A stretch of 32,000 nt of DNA from Bacillus subtilis subsp. subtilis str. 168 (GCF_000009045.1 NC_000964.3:3030001-3062000); one strand, 5' to 3'; counted from the stretch's first letter, positions 1-13,294 are shown. The notes: generated by a model from the letters alone, not told the origin. Translations and numbers: made by a program.

Positions 1-1417
1 CTTCTTCCATATTTAATGGAAGTTCGTTTAGTTGATTGACCGTTTCTTGAATATGATGATGCGCGTTCTCCAGCATCTCTTGAATATGGCTCGGAATGCC
101 TGGAATGTTGCTAGTCTTCAGCAGTCTTGCTGTCTCAGAAATTGTTTTTTTCAAATTGCTGAGCGTCTCCCTCGCCTGAAGCTCTTCTTTTCTCAGCGCT
201 TGCAGATTTTCACGATACTCGGCATGCTCTTTTTTCACTTCTTCAATTTGCTTCTCTATTGAAGCAACTTCTTCTACTAAAAGTGAGTAGGCGACATGCT
301 CTGCATCAAGCTTATCTTTAACGGATGATAGCAGCTTTCCAATTTCATCAAGGCGCTTTTCAAAAGCCTGCTGTTTGCCGAGCTCACCGGCTGTCAGCCT
401 GTAGCTTTCCTTCACCAGCTCAGTTTCCGCTTTCGTATGCTCTTTCTCTTCTTTAAGCTTGTCGTAAGCAATAATCAATTCAGGCATTTTGCTTAGTACG
501 GATTGACCGGCTTCAACTTCGCCCTCCAGCTGCTGATAAACAGATTGAATATTTTCGTCAATGAGCTGCAGGATTGCGGACGCTTCATCAATATCCAGTT
601 CAGTCATCAGGACATGTTCCGCTCGTTTCAGCTGGTTTGACAGATTTTCTAATTCCTTATCAAGCTGGATATGCTCAAGCTTGTACCCTTTTTCTTTCAT
701 TTCGCCATAGCCATCCTTGAGCTTTGCAATCTGTCCGGGCACCGTCTGTTTACAGTCAGCTAACAGCTTCGGCACATCATCTATGTATGACTGAAGCCGT
801 TCAAGATTGCGGTCCTGCTCAAGCAGTACTTTTCGTGCAGTAATATAGTTTCCGCCTTCTGTTTCTTCTTCAAATTGTTTGATGCCGCTCCAAATTTCGT
901 CCAGATCCTTTTCAAGGCTGTCATAAAGCTCCCCGTAAAGGTGGCTGTAAGCCAGCAGGTTTTTTCGAGATTTCGAATAGCGCTCCCTCACCTGTTCAAT
1001 CTCTTCACGGCTCTTTTCCTCACTTGTGACAAGATCGCTGATTTCCCGAAGAATCTTTTCAATGCTTGATTCAGCCGCTGTCAGCAGGTCGTCGATATGA
1101 ACGAGCACTTGATTGGCCTTTTTAAACCGGTATTTGTCTGCATTTTCCTCGGCATCATAAAGGAGCTCTTCAACTTTCGGCATGTGGGCTGTGACAATCT
1201 CATCCCATTCTTCACGCCACTTCTCAAAGAACTCTTCTGTCTGACCCGTCATTTTTAAATGTTTTATTTTAGACATTTCTTCCACGATCGACCGATTCAG
1301 AATTTCAATCTTCCACGATTCCAGCCGGTCGATTTCGGCGTAGATTTTTTTCCTGAAAAAGTAGCCTGCCGCAAACAGCGCAAGCAGTACAATTAATAAT
1401 CCAATGACAAACTCCAT
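1..1417 (-). CDS. ezrA: Septation ring formation regulator EzrA, N-terminal part (runs off the left window edge)
   Basis: Not in the ORF track because the stop lies outside the window. The reverse strand from ATG at 1417 is open: MEFVIGLLIVLLALFAAGYFFRKKIYAEIDRLESWKIEILNRSIVEEMSKIKHLKMTGQTEEFFEKWREEW..., an N-terminal TM helix followed by long coiled coil, as in EzrA. Confidence 0.96.
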   Translation of the reverse strand, partial: MEFVIGLLIVLLALFAAGYFFRKKIYAEIDRLESWKIEILNRSIVEEMSKIKHLKMTGQTEEFFEKWREEWDEIVTAHMPKVEELLYDAEENADKYRFKKANQVLVHIDDLLTAAESSIEKILREISDLVTSEEKSREEIEQVRERYSKSRKNLLAYSHLYGELYDSLEKDLDEIWSGIKQFEEETEGGNYITARKVLLEQDRNLERLQSYIDDVPKLLADCKQTVPGQIAKLKDGYGEMKEKGYKLEHIQLDKELENLSNQLKRAEHVLMTELDIDEASAILQLIDENIQSVYQQLEGEVEAGQSVLSKMPELIIAYDKLKEEKEHTKAETELVKESYRLTAGELGKQQAFEKRLDEIGKLLSSVKDKLDAEHVAYSLLVEEVASIEKQIEEVKKEHAEYRENLQALRKEELQARETLSNLKKTISETARLLKTSNIPGIPSHIQEMLENAHHHIQETVNQLNELPLNMEE

Positions 1418-1613
1418 AATGAGCCCCCTTGCTGTTTACCTTAATCTGTCAGGGTGTTTTATTTATTCAGAAAGATTTCAGGATATGTATTGAGAAAAAC
1501 TGTCGTTTTCATTGTTATTATGATACCATGTAACAAACATTTTTTGACCAGAAATCAAAAACTTTTTGTGCAAAATCGGCAGGATTTGACTATTTTTTCA
1601 TGGGGTGACATCA

Positions 1614-2420
1614 ATGCAAAAGCGAGACGGACATATTCACACACCATTTTGCCCTCACGGCTCCAATGACACACTCAGACAATATGCAGAAGAAGCCTTA
1701 AAAAAAGGGTTCGAATCGATTACTTTTACCGAACACGCCCCATTGCCGCCATCTTTTACCGATCCCACGCCGCTGAAAGACAGCGCGATGGCGCAAGCTT
1801 CTTTGGAACGCTATATTCATGAAATTTCCGGATTAAAAAAAGAATATCGCGGACAGCTTAGCATACGGACAGGGCTTGAAGTCGATTATATCGCTGAATT
1901 TGAAGACGAAATTACATTATTCCTAGACACATACGGGCCATATTTAGATGACAGCATCTTATCCGTTCATTTTTTGCGCACAGACTCTTCCTATCTATGC
2001 CTTGATTATGACGAGCATACCTTCAAAGAGCTGATTTCAGCCTGCGGAAGCATTGAAGCGGTATATGAACAATATTACCGGAGTATCTATTCTTCCATTG
2101 TAGCATCTCTCGGCGTTTATAAGCCAAAAAGAGTCGGTCACATCACACTCGTCCAAAAATTCATCAAGCTGTTTCCATACAGCATGTCAGAGCATATTCG
2201 CGGCCTCGTTTCTCTGTGCCTGAATGCCATTGAAGAAAACGGAATGGAGCTCGACTTCAATACTTCCGGCTTAAGAAAAACTTACGCTGGCGGTATTTAT
2301 ATCGAGGATTGGATGCTGAATGAAGCGAAGCAAAAGAAGATCCCGCTTGTGTTTGGGTCTGATGCCCATCAAGCGGGAGATGTCGGATATGCGTATGAGG
2401 CGTTTTTGGAACGGTGCTAG
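1614..2420 (+). CDS. hisJ: Histidinol-phosphatase (PHP family)
   Basis: MQKRDGHIHTPFCPHGSNDTLRQYAEEA... has the PHP metal motif HIHTPFCPHG and C-terminal FGSDAH. The ATG at 1614 is preferred over the upstream in-frame ATG at 1605. Confidence 0.95.
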   Translation: MQKRDGHIHTPFCPHGSNDTLRQYAEEALKKGFESITFTEHAPLPPSFTDPTPLKDSAMAQASLERYIHEISGLKKEYRGQLSIRTGLEVDYIAEFEDEITLFLDTYGPYLDDSILSVHFLRTDSSYLCLDYDEHTFKELISACGSIEAVYEQYYRSIYSSIVASLGVYKPKRVGHITLVQKFIKLFPYSMSEHIRGLVSLCLNAIEENGMELDFNTSGLRKTYAGGIYIEDWMLNEAKQKKIPLVFGSDAHQAGDVGYAYEAFLERC

Positions 2421-3040
2421 TTGGTGAGCGCCACGTCTCCTGTCCGGAAGACGCTTCTGATCCAAATCTTGATTTCTTCAAAATACATTTTATAAAAATA
2501 CGGCTCGTGCGGCTGCATGTAGAGTACTTCTGAAATATATTGAGGCTGGAGATAGGGCATCATCAAGAGAGATTTTAATTGGAGAATAAAATGAGGCAGC
2601 GGCAGCGTTAAATATTCACGCTGTTTTTCTCCTTCCTCAATGATCAGCTGGAAGATATACTTTTCCTTCATTAGATATGTCGACATAATTTCCCTGATTA
2701 ATGTGGAGTCAATTGTGACTTCCCGGTAGACAAAACGAGTTAATTGACGATGATTATGCTGATAGGATAAAATATCGAAAACCAATTGAAGAAGCTGTTC
2801 CTGCGTGCTTTGAGTAGAGATATTGCTTGCCGCTGTTTCAAGCGTTTTGCTGTAGCCTTCGTAAAACTCTGAAACTAAGTGTTCCATCAAGCCTCCTTTG
2901 CCTTTAAAATAGTAGGAGATGTGCGCAACATTTACATCAGCTGACTTTGCGATTTCACGGACAGACGTGCCAGAAAATCCTTTTTGGTTAAAAAGCATGA
3001 CAGCAGATTCAATAATTTTGTCTTTGGTGCTTACTTTCAT
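2417..3040 (-). CDS. refZ: TetR-family DNA-binding regulator RefZ (YttP), affecting FtsZ
   Basis: N-terminal TetR HTH: KDKIIESAVMLFNQKGFSGTSVREIAKSADVNVAHISYYFKGKGGL. The ATG at 3040 has a GGAAGGAG ribosome binding site at good spacing; the GTG at 3049 does not. Confidence 0.93.
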   Translation of the reverse strand: MKVSTKDKIIESAVMLFNQKGFSGTSVREIAKSADVNVAHISYYFKGKGGLMEHLVSEFYEGYSKTLETAASNISTQSTQEQLLQLVFDILSYQHNHRQLTRFVYREVTIDSTLIREIMSTYLMKEKYIFQLIIEEGEKQREYLTLPLPHFILQLKSLLMMPYLQPQYISEVLYMQPHEPYFYKMYFEEIKIWIRSVFRTGDVALTN

Positions 3041-3166
3041 ACGGCTCACTCCTTCCTCTTGATACTATTCAAGCAGAAAGCCGCTGTTCCTGTAAGAACT
3101 TATCGACAAATGCCGGCAGAAAAGCCGGAACTTTGTTTTATATTATAGAAAAAGTGAGGGTTTTCC

Positions 3167-3658
3167 ATGTTCCATGTCGAAAAACAATCTGGAGATAAAG
3201 AAAAAGACTATCAGCTTCTGCTAAAACAGCTCGAAGCCATGACCGAAGACGAAACAGACCAAATAGCTAACTATGCAAATGCCTCAGCACTGCTGTATCA
3301 TTCGCTGCCTGAAGTCAACTGGGCGGGTTTCTATTTTGCCAAAGAAGAGGATGGACAGCTTGTGTTAGGTCCGTTCCAAGGCCTGCCGGCATGTGTTCGG
3401 ATTCCTTTCGGCAGAGGGGTTTGCGGCACAGCGTACGCAAACGGAAAAGTGGAACGTATTGAGGATGTAAACGCGTTTCCGGGACATATCGCCTGCGATG
3501 CAGCGTCTCAATCAGAAATTGTGCTTCCGATTCGTGTAGACGGAAAAATTGTCGGCGTCTTGGACATCGACAGCCCAGTGAAAAACCGTTTCGACGAAAT
3601 TGATGAAAAATACTTAACTCAATTTGCCGAAACGCTAGAAAAAGCGTTAGCGCAGTAA
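3167..3658 (+). CDS. ytsP: GAF-domain free methionine-(R)-sulfoxide reductase (YtsP/MsrC)
   Basis: NWAGFYF...VLGPFQGLPACVRIPFGRGVCGTAYANG...FPGHIACDAASQSEIVLPI is the characteristic fRMsr GAF domain with its conserved cysteines. Confidence 0.92.
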   Translation: MFHVEKQSGDKEKDYQLLLKQLEAMTEDETDQIANYANASALLYHSLPEVNWAGFYFAKEEDGQLVLGPFQGLPACVRIPFGRGVCGTAYANGKVERIEDVNAFPGHIACDAASQSEIVLPIRVDGKIVGVLDIDSPVKNRFDEIDEKYLTQFAETLEKALAQ

Positions 3659-3661
3659 TAT

Positions 3662-3697
3662 AAAAGCCCAAAACTGATATCGTTTTGGGCTTTTTTT
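3662..3697. terminator. Rho-independent terminator between convergent ytsP and dgcP, likely bidirectional
   Basis: AAAAGCCCAAAAC-TGATATC-GTTTTGGGCTTTTTTT, a perfect stem flanked by A-run and T-run. Confidence 0.9.
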
Positions 3698-5435
3698 ATT
3701 TTATTGAGTCATGAATCATCAAGCGGTTTTTCCCGCTCCGTTTCGCGCTGTAGAGCGCTTCATCTGCCTCATGCACAAGCTCTTTCAGCGACTTTTTTGT
3801 TTCTGTCGTCCAGCAGGAGATACCGCAGGAAATGGTTACCTCGGGTTTCGTATTTTTTCTGACCGCGTAAACCAGTCGCTCGGTAATCCGTTTCCCCACT
3901 GCAACCGGCACATTTGGCAAATAAATCGCCAGCTCCTCTCCTCCCCAGCGGGCACCGACATCATGCTTTCGGATGTTGCTTTTAATCACTGAAGCGACTT
4001 GAATTAAAATCTCGTCCCCAGTCTGATGGCCGTACGTATCATTTACATTTTTAAAATTATCAATATCAACAAGAATAAAAACACCCTTTTGATGGATTTT
4101 CATGCTGTATTGAATTTTTTCATCTAAATACGCTCGTGAATACAGTTCAGTCAGCTGATCTGTTTTCACGAGATGCTCAAGGCGGTCGCGAAGCATTGAA
4201 TTGGTTACAGCCAGTGTCGCGTGATGAATCAGCGCCTGAAACAGCTTGTACATTTCAAATGTAAAAGCGTACAGCTCCTGTTTCAATAAAACCGCAAAGC
4301 CTAAAAGCCGGTCGTTTTGAATCATCGGAGCAGCCATCAGCGAGCCGTACCCCGCCTTCCCAAAAACAGACTGGCCATTCCCGATGAAAACCCCTTTTTC
4401 ACCTTCATACAGCTTTTCTTTCAGCTCATTATAAAAATCTGACGGCTTCGCTTCTTTAAAAAATGCTGTGCTGCCTGGGAGCAATGTTAGGTTTTCAAAA
4501 TGGTCTATATGAAAAAATCCCACTTCTTCTGCCTGAAACGATTCTGCCATTCTCACAGCCAGATCATTCATTGTATCAGTCAATGTCAGCCGCTGATTCA
4601 GGCGTCGTGATGTTTCATTAATCAATTCCAAATTTGCGATGCTTGCTTTGGATTGTTCGTAGAGCTGGGCATTTTCAAACGCTTTTCCCGCGGCGTTTGC
4701 TAACAGCGACATTTCATCAAGGCAGGCATCAGTAAGAAAGCTGTCACCCGTTCCTTCAGCCTTCAACACCCCGTATGTGCCCTGCTGTCCTTTGATCGGA
4801 ATATAGGCGACAGATTCATTTTTCCGCAAAATGTCTCCGGACAAATACACTTTGAGCGCAAAGGAATCGGATTTTTCCCCTTCCATATACAGCTCTTTTG
4901 CAGGAATCCCTAAACATTGGTCTTGATCGTGCGATATAAATAAAGAAAACTCAAAAAGAGAAAATGTGCTTGTCAAGCTTTCTAAAAGCTGCTTCAGCAC
5001 ATCTGTCTGATCAAGCAGTGAATGGAACAGCTCTGTCATTTTGTATATCTTTTTTTGGTAGATCGTTTTGTTATAGAGTCTTTCCTGTTTCATCGACTGG
5101 TTTAAAAATGAAGCAACCACGTCCGGAAGCCCTTCAGGAATCTCTTCATCCTGCCTGCACGCAAGATGGAAACGCCTGCCGGAGCCGTCCTCAATCAGAT
5201 AACATGAAGCGTTTATTTTTGAAGCGGAAAAACGCGCTTCACCATCTGCCAGTTTTGTCACAAAGTCTGATGGTGACGGTGTAAGCGAAACACAAAGGGT
5301 TGAAAAATAGGTTTGAATAGCCGAAGTCAGCCATATGAAAGAGTCGGTGAATGTGACTTTTTCAGATTTGGTTAATAAAAAATCGAGCATATGATAATGA
5401 AAGGCGGATAATTGATCTTTAGTTTGTTCTACCAT
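3696..5435 (-). CDS. dgcP: Diguanylate cyclase with GAF sensory region and C-terminal GGDEF domain (YtrP/DgcP)
   Basis: C-terminal LVDIDNFKNVNDTYGHQTGDEIL...RKHDVGARWGGEELAIYLP gives a catalytic GGEEL and an RxxD I-site. The upstream region has GAF-like features. The match to YtrP is from memory. Confidence 0.92.
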   Translation of the reverse strand: MVEQTKDQLSAFHYHMLDFLLTKSEKVTFTDSFIWLTSAIQTYFSTLCVSLTPSPSDFVTKLADGEARFSASKINASCYLIEDGSGRRFHLACRQDEEIPEGLPDVVASFLNQSMKQERLYNKTIYQKKIYKMTELFHSLLDQTDVLKQLLESLTSTFSLFEFSLFISHDQDQCLGIPAKELYMEGEKSDSFALKVYLSGDILRKNESVAYIPIKGQQGTYGVLKAEGTGDSFLTDACLDEMSLLANAAGKAFENAQLYEQSKASIANLELINETSRRLNQRLTLTDTMNDLAVRMAESFQAEEVGFFHIDHFENLTLLPGSTAFFKEAKPSDFYNELKEKLYEGEKGVFIGNGQSVFGKAGYGSLMAAPMIQNDRLLGFAVLLKQELYAFTFEMYKLFQALIHHATLAVTNSMLRDRLEHLVKTDQLTELYSRAYLDEKIQYSMKIHQKGVFILVDIDNFKNVNDTYGHQTGDEILIQVASVIKSNIRKHDVGARWGGEELAIYLPNVPVAVGKRITERLVYAVRKNTKPEVTISCGISCWTTETKKSLKELVHEADEALYSAKRSGKNRLMIHDSIK

Positions 5436-5511
5436 GTTTTTATCACCTAAAAGTTTACCACTAATTTTTGTTTATTATATCATAAACGGTGAAGCAATAA
5501 TGGAGGAATGG

Positions 5512-5540
5512 TTGACTTCAAAACAAATAAATTATATAAT
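5512..5540 (+). promoter_or_regulatory. Sigma-A promoter for rpsD
   Basis: TTGACT (5512-5517), 17-nt spacer, TATAAT (5535-5540). Confidence 0.88.
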
Positions 5541-5546
5541 GACCTT

Positions 5547-6332
<786 letters not shown>

Positions 6333-6339
6333 TCGTTTT

Positions 6340-6374
6340 AAAAACCCCTGCCGCTATGCGGTCGGGGTTTTTTT
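6340..6374 (+). terminator. Terminator downstream of rpsD
   Basis: aaaaCCCCtGCCGC-tat-GCGGtcGGGGtttttttt. Confidence 0.85.
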
Positions 6375-6565
6375 ATCGGCTTTCGCCTCTTGCTGGCCAA
6401 CACTATCTTGCGCCTGCTGCTCCCAATGATCCCGCTGCAGCCGTTCTTTTGCAATCGTACACATGAGATTCACGCTTTAGCGCTCCTTTCATTTAAAAGG
6501 TGGTGATTGGTCGTGTTTGCCCTATCTAATATACTCTTTTCCTTTCATTCCTATGCGGTAAACAA

Positions 6566-6602
6566 AAAGATCCTTTGCCTTCAGTGGCAAAGGATCTTTT
6601 TC

Positions 6603-6603
<1 letters not shown>
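6566..6603. terminator. Terminator downstream of tyrS; its symmetry allows bidirectional function
   Basis: AAAAAGATCCTTTGCC-TTCAGT-GGCAAAGGATCTTTTT, a perfect inverted repeat. Confidence 0.92.
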
Positions 6604-7892
<1,289 letters not shown>

Positions 7893-7897
7893 TTAAA

Positions 7898-8160
7898 ATA
7901 AAAAACGCCCCTTCGTTTACACGAAGGGACGATTGATTATCGCGGTACCACCCTACTAATAAGAGAATGCAAACATTCGTCTTATCACTTTGCCTGATAA
8001 CGGATCAGGTCCGTTCTTTCACTACTGAAAGCCTGGCCGGCTTTGTTTGCAAAAGCGGTTCATGAGTGTATTCGATATATCCGTCTGTGCTGATTTTCAC
8101 CGGCCATCAGCTCTCTGGAACGTAAGGATATTCTACTTGTCTCAATCTTTACCTTTTCAT
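7898..8160 (-). promoter_or_regulatory. T-box riboswitch leader of tyrS, tyrosine-specific
   Basis: Reverse strand has T-box GGGTGGTACCGCG (7941-7953), terminator GTCCCTTCGTGTAAACGAAGGGGCGTTTTTT just before tyrS, and a stem I with AGTA...GAA S-turn elements followed directly by specifier UAC (8068-8070, Tyr). Confidence 0.97.
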
Positions 8161-8174
8161 ATGAAGCTATATCA

Positions 8175-8203
8175 TTTTTAACATAAATAAAATCCTGTGT
8201 CAA
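8175..8203 (-). promoter_or_regulatory. Putative sigma-A promoter for the tyrS leader
   Basis: Perfect -35 TTGACA (complement of 8198-8203), 17-nt spacer, weak -10 TAAAAA (complement of 8175-8180). Confidence 0.55.
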
Positions 8204-8212
8204 CGCCGCCTT

Positions 8213-9931
8213 TTAATCCTCCATTGTTGACAGATCTCCAGCCGGCAGATTAAGCTCCCATGCCTTCAGCACGCGCCTCATGATCTTTCCGCTTCTGGTT
8301 TTCGGAAGCTTATCTTTAAATTCGATCTCACGCGGAGCCGCATGGGCTGCAAGACCCTGCTTTACAAATAGGCGGATCTCTTCTTTCAGTTTATCAGACG
8401 GCTCAAATCCTTCCCTGAGTGCAATAAAGGCTTTAATGATTTCTCCACGCACCGGGTCAGGCTTTCCGATAACGCCTGCTTCTGCAATAGCCGGATGTTC
8501 GACAAGCTTGCTTTCCACTTCAAATGGGCCGACGCGCTCACCGGAGGTCATGATGACGTCATCAACTCTGCCTTGGAACCAAAAGTATCCCTCTTCATCC
8601 ATGTAAGCAGAATCCCCAGACACATACCAGCCGCCCGGCATGAAATACGATTCATACTTTTCAGGGTTATTCCAAATGGTATGCATCATGGAAGGCCAGC
8701 CCTTTTTGATGGCGAGATTGCCCATTCGGTACGGCGGTAGCTCGTTGCCTTGATTGTCAACGATCGCTGCCTCCACTCCTGGAATCGGCTTACCCATTGA
8801 ACCCGGTTTAATATCCATGCAAGGATAGTTGCAGATGAGCTGACTGCCCGTTTCGGTCATCCACCAGGTATCATGGATTCGTTTGTTAAAAACTTTATGT
8901 CCCCATCTGATGACTTCCGGATTTAGCGGCTCACCGACACTGAGCACATGCCGGAGTGAAGTTAGATCATATTTCGCAGCCATTTCATCTCCCGCTCCCA
9001 TCAGCATCCGAAAAGCTGTCGGCGCGCTGTACCAGACATTGACGCCAAGCTGTTCAATCGTTCCATACCAGCTTTCCGGGCTGAAACGTCCGCCGACGAT
9101 GACATTTGTCGCTCCGTTCAGCCACGGTGCAAAAATGCCGTATACCGTACCTGTCACCCAGCCTGGATCAGCCGTGCACCAATAAATGTCTTCTTCCTTT
9201 AAATCAAGGACCCACTTTCCTGTTTGATATTGCTGAATCATCGCTTCATGGACATGCAACACGCCCTTTGGCGTACCAGTGGAACCTGATGTATAGTGAA
9301 GCAGAAAGCCGTCTTTTTTATCCATCCATTCGATATCCAATCTTGTGCTTTCCTGTTTCGCTGCTTCATCATAATTGATGATATTCGTGCCGCTCTCAGC
9401 CTCTCCCCCGACTACGAAGACATGCTGCAAGTGAGGCAGTTTGTCTACCGGTATTCTCTCCAGCAGCTCAGGCGTTGTGACAACAACCTTTGCCTCACTG
9501 TTTTCAAGCCGGTCTTTCACCGCTCCCTCCATAAATGCTTCGAACAGCGGCCCGGCGATGGCGCCAATTTTGATTGCGCCAAGCATAATAAAATAAAGCT
9601 CGGGTGATCTCGGCATAAAAATAAAAACGCGGTCCCCTTTTTCCACATTTCCATACCGTCTCAGCACATTCCCGGCTCTGTTTGATTCTTCCTTCATTTC
9701 TTTAAATGTGTATTTTTCATCCCTTTTTGCGTCTTTATAATAAAGCGCTACTTTGTTTTTTCGAAACGATTCGGCATGGCGGTCAATCGCTTCATACGCC
9801 GCATTCAGTTTCCCTGTCTCATGCCAAGAGAAATGTTTCTCTGCCTCGGCCCAATCAAAATGCCGGTACGTTTCTTCATAGTTTTTTAAGTTATGATCCC
9901 CCTCTATTGCTGGTAACGCTTTCAAGTTCAT
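8213..9931 (-). CDS. acsA: Acetyl-CoA synthetase
   Basis: MNLKALPAIEGDHNLKNYEETYRHFDW... with adenylation motif HYTSGSTGTPKG and C-terminal PKTRSGKIMRR containing the acetylatable lysine. Start trimmed from the 10015 ORF start to the ATG at 9931, giving 572 aa. Confidence 0.97.
   Translation of the reverse strand: MNLKALPAIEGDHNLKNYEETYRHFDWAEAEKHFSWHETGKLNAAYEAIDRHAESFRKNKVALYYKDAKRDEKYTFKEMKEESNRAGNVLRRYGNVEKGDRVFIFMPRSPELYFIMLGAIKIGAIAGPLFEAFMEGAVKDRLENSEAKVVVTTPELLERIPVDKLPHLQHVFVVGGEAESGTNIINYDEAAKQESTRLDIEWMDKKDGFLLHYTSGSTGTPKGVLHVHEAMIQQYQTGKWVLDLKEEDIYWCTADPGWVTGTVYGIFAPWLNGATNVIVGGRFSPESWYGTIEQLGVNVWYSAPTAFRMLMGAGDEMAAKYDLTSLRHVLSVGEPLNPEVIRWGHKVFNKRIHDTWWMTETGSQLICNYPCMDIKPGSMGKPIPGVEAAIVDNQGNELPPYRMGNLAIKKGWPSMMHTIWNNPEKYESYFMPGGWYVSGDSAYMDEEGYFWFQGRVDDVIMTSGERVGPFEVESKLVEHPAIAEAGVIGKPDPVRGEIIKAFIALREGFEPSDKLKEEIRLFVKQGLAAHAAPREIEFKDKLPKTRSGKIMRRVLKAWELNLPAGDLSTMED
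9911..9924 (-). promoter_or_regulatory. CcpA-binding cre site in the 5' end of acsA
   Basis: Reverse strand TGAAAGCGTTACCA matches TGWAANCGNTNWCW at 13 of 14 positions. It sits about 40-50 nt downstream of the predicted acsA start site. Confidence 0.8.
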
Positions 9932-9967
9932 GCCCAAACATCCCCCTTTGCTGAAGTTGTCACAATT

Positions 9968-9996
9968 ATTATAGTATATATTCATATTCTTCTCAA
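9968..9996 (-). promoter_or_regulatory. Sigma-A promoter for acsA
   Basis: Reverse strand TTGAGA (9991-9996), 17 nt, TATAAT (9968-9973). Confidence 0.82.
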
Positions 9997-10017
9997 TTTT
10001 TAAAATATAAACCATGT

Positions 10018-10031
10018 TGAAAACGCTTTAT
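10018..10031 (+). promoter_or_regulatory. Candidate cre site for acuABC
   Basis: TGAAAACGCTTTAT matches the cre consensus at 13 of 14 positions and lies upstream of acuA. Confidence 0.65.
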
Positions 10032-10091
10032 AATTTGGTATTCTTAAAGAAGGCATGTATTTTTGATAAGAATTGATGGGACGGTGAATTA

Positions 10092-12553
<2,462 letters not shown>

Positions 12554-12555
<2 letters not shown>

Positions 12556-12585
12556 AAAACGACCTTTACGAAGAGGTCGTTTTTG
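12554..12585. terminator. Terminator shared by convergent acuC and motS
   Basis: AAAAAACGACCT-TTACGAAG-AGGTCGTTTTT. Confidence 0.85.
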
Positions 12586-13294
12586 ATTTTTTAATCACTA
12601 TTTCCACACGCCGATTTTCCTTCATGTGTTCATTTGTCTTGTTATCCTTTACTGGCTTTGTATCCGCATAACCGACAGCAATAAAGCGCTTGGAGGGAAG
12701 CTTCTCTTTAGACGTGAAGTATTGAATCACTCCACTTGCCCGTGCTGCTGATAGCTCCCAGTTCGACGGGTATCGGTATGTCGAAATGTTTCGGCTGTCT
12801 GTATGTCCCTCAACCTGAATGTCATTTGGAATTGTTTGAAGAAGAACGGCAATTTGGTGAAGAAGTGTTTCGGCATTTTTCAGCACCTTTGCCTCACCTG
12901 TATCAAACAGCACAGCCTCCTGAAGAACGAGCACGACACCGCGTTCATCCCGTTTGGCTGTCATTTGGGCCTTCAAATGATTGTCTTTTATATATGTATT
13001 TACTTTCTTGAGAAGCTGATCCTGCTGATCCTCTTGCTTCTTCGTATCAGATGGGGATGTATTCTTTTTTTCTATGGATGTTTGGTCCGGCTGAAGCCCG
13101 TTGCCTTCCTTCTGGATCGAGTCCACTGCCGCTTTGAATTTTTGCAGATCGATTTGGGACATCGAAAAGAGTAAAATAAAGAACACAAGGATCAAGGTGA
13201 TCAGATCTGTAAAGGTTACCATCCAGCTGGATGAAGATTGACTGTTTTTTCCGCTTCCATTCCTTCTTTCAAAACGTTCTCTTCTAAGCTTCAT
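12566..13294 (-). CDS. motS: Flagellar stator protein MotS (MotB-like, OmpA peptidoglycan-binding domain)
   Basis: N-terminal TM with plug-adjacent Asp (SWMVTFTDLITLILVFFILLFSMSQ) and OmpA motif IQVEGHTDSRNISTYRYPSNWELSAARA. Confidence 0.95.
   Translation of the reverse strand: MKLRRERFERRNGSGKNSQSSSSWMVTFTDLITLILVFFILLFSMSQIDLQKFKAAVDSIQKEGNGLQPDQTSIEKKNTSPSDTKKQEDQQDQLLKKVNTYIKDNHLKAQMTAKRDERGVVLVLQEAVLFDTGEAKVLKNAETLLHQIAVLLQTIPNDIQVEGHTDSRNISTYRYPSNWELSAARASGVIQYFTSKEKLPSKRFIAVGYADTKPVKDNKTNEHMKENRRVEIVIKKSKTTSS

Noticed and set aside
3041-3166. Possible Spo0A box or RefZ-binding motif upstream of refZ (around TTATCGACAAATG)
   Set aside because: Only one partial match to TGTCGAA and no clear palindrome that I could verify by eye. 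A PWM scan would be needed.
9706-9954. Plus-strand ORFs across acsA (8280..8606, 8495..8740, 8883..9185, 9106..9378, 9296..9607, 9706..9954)
   Set aside because: All are antisense to acsA; none has a domain signature.
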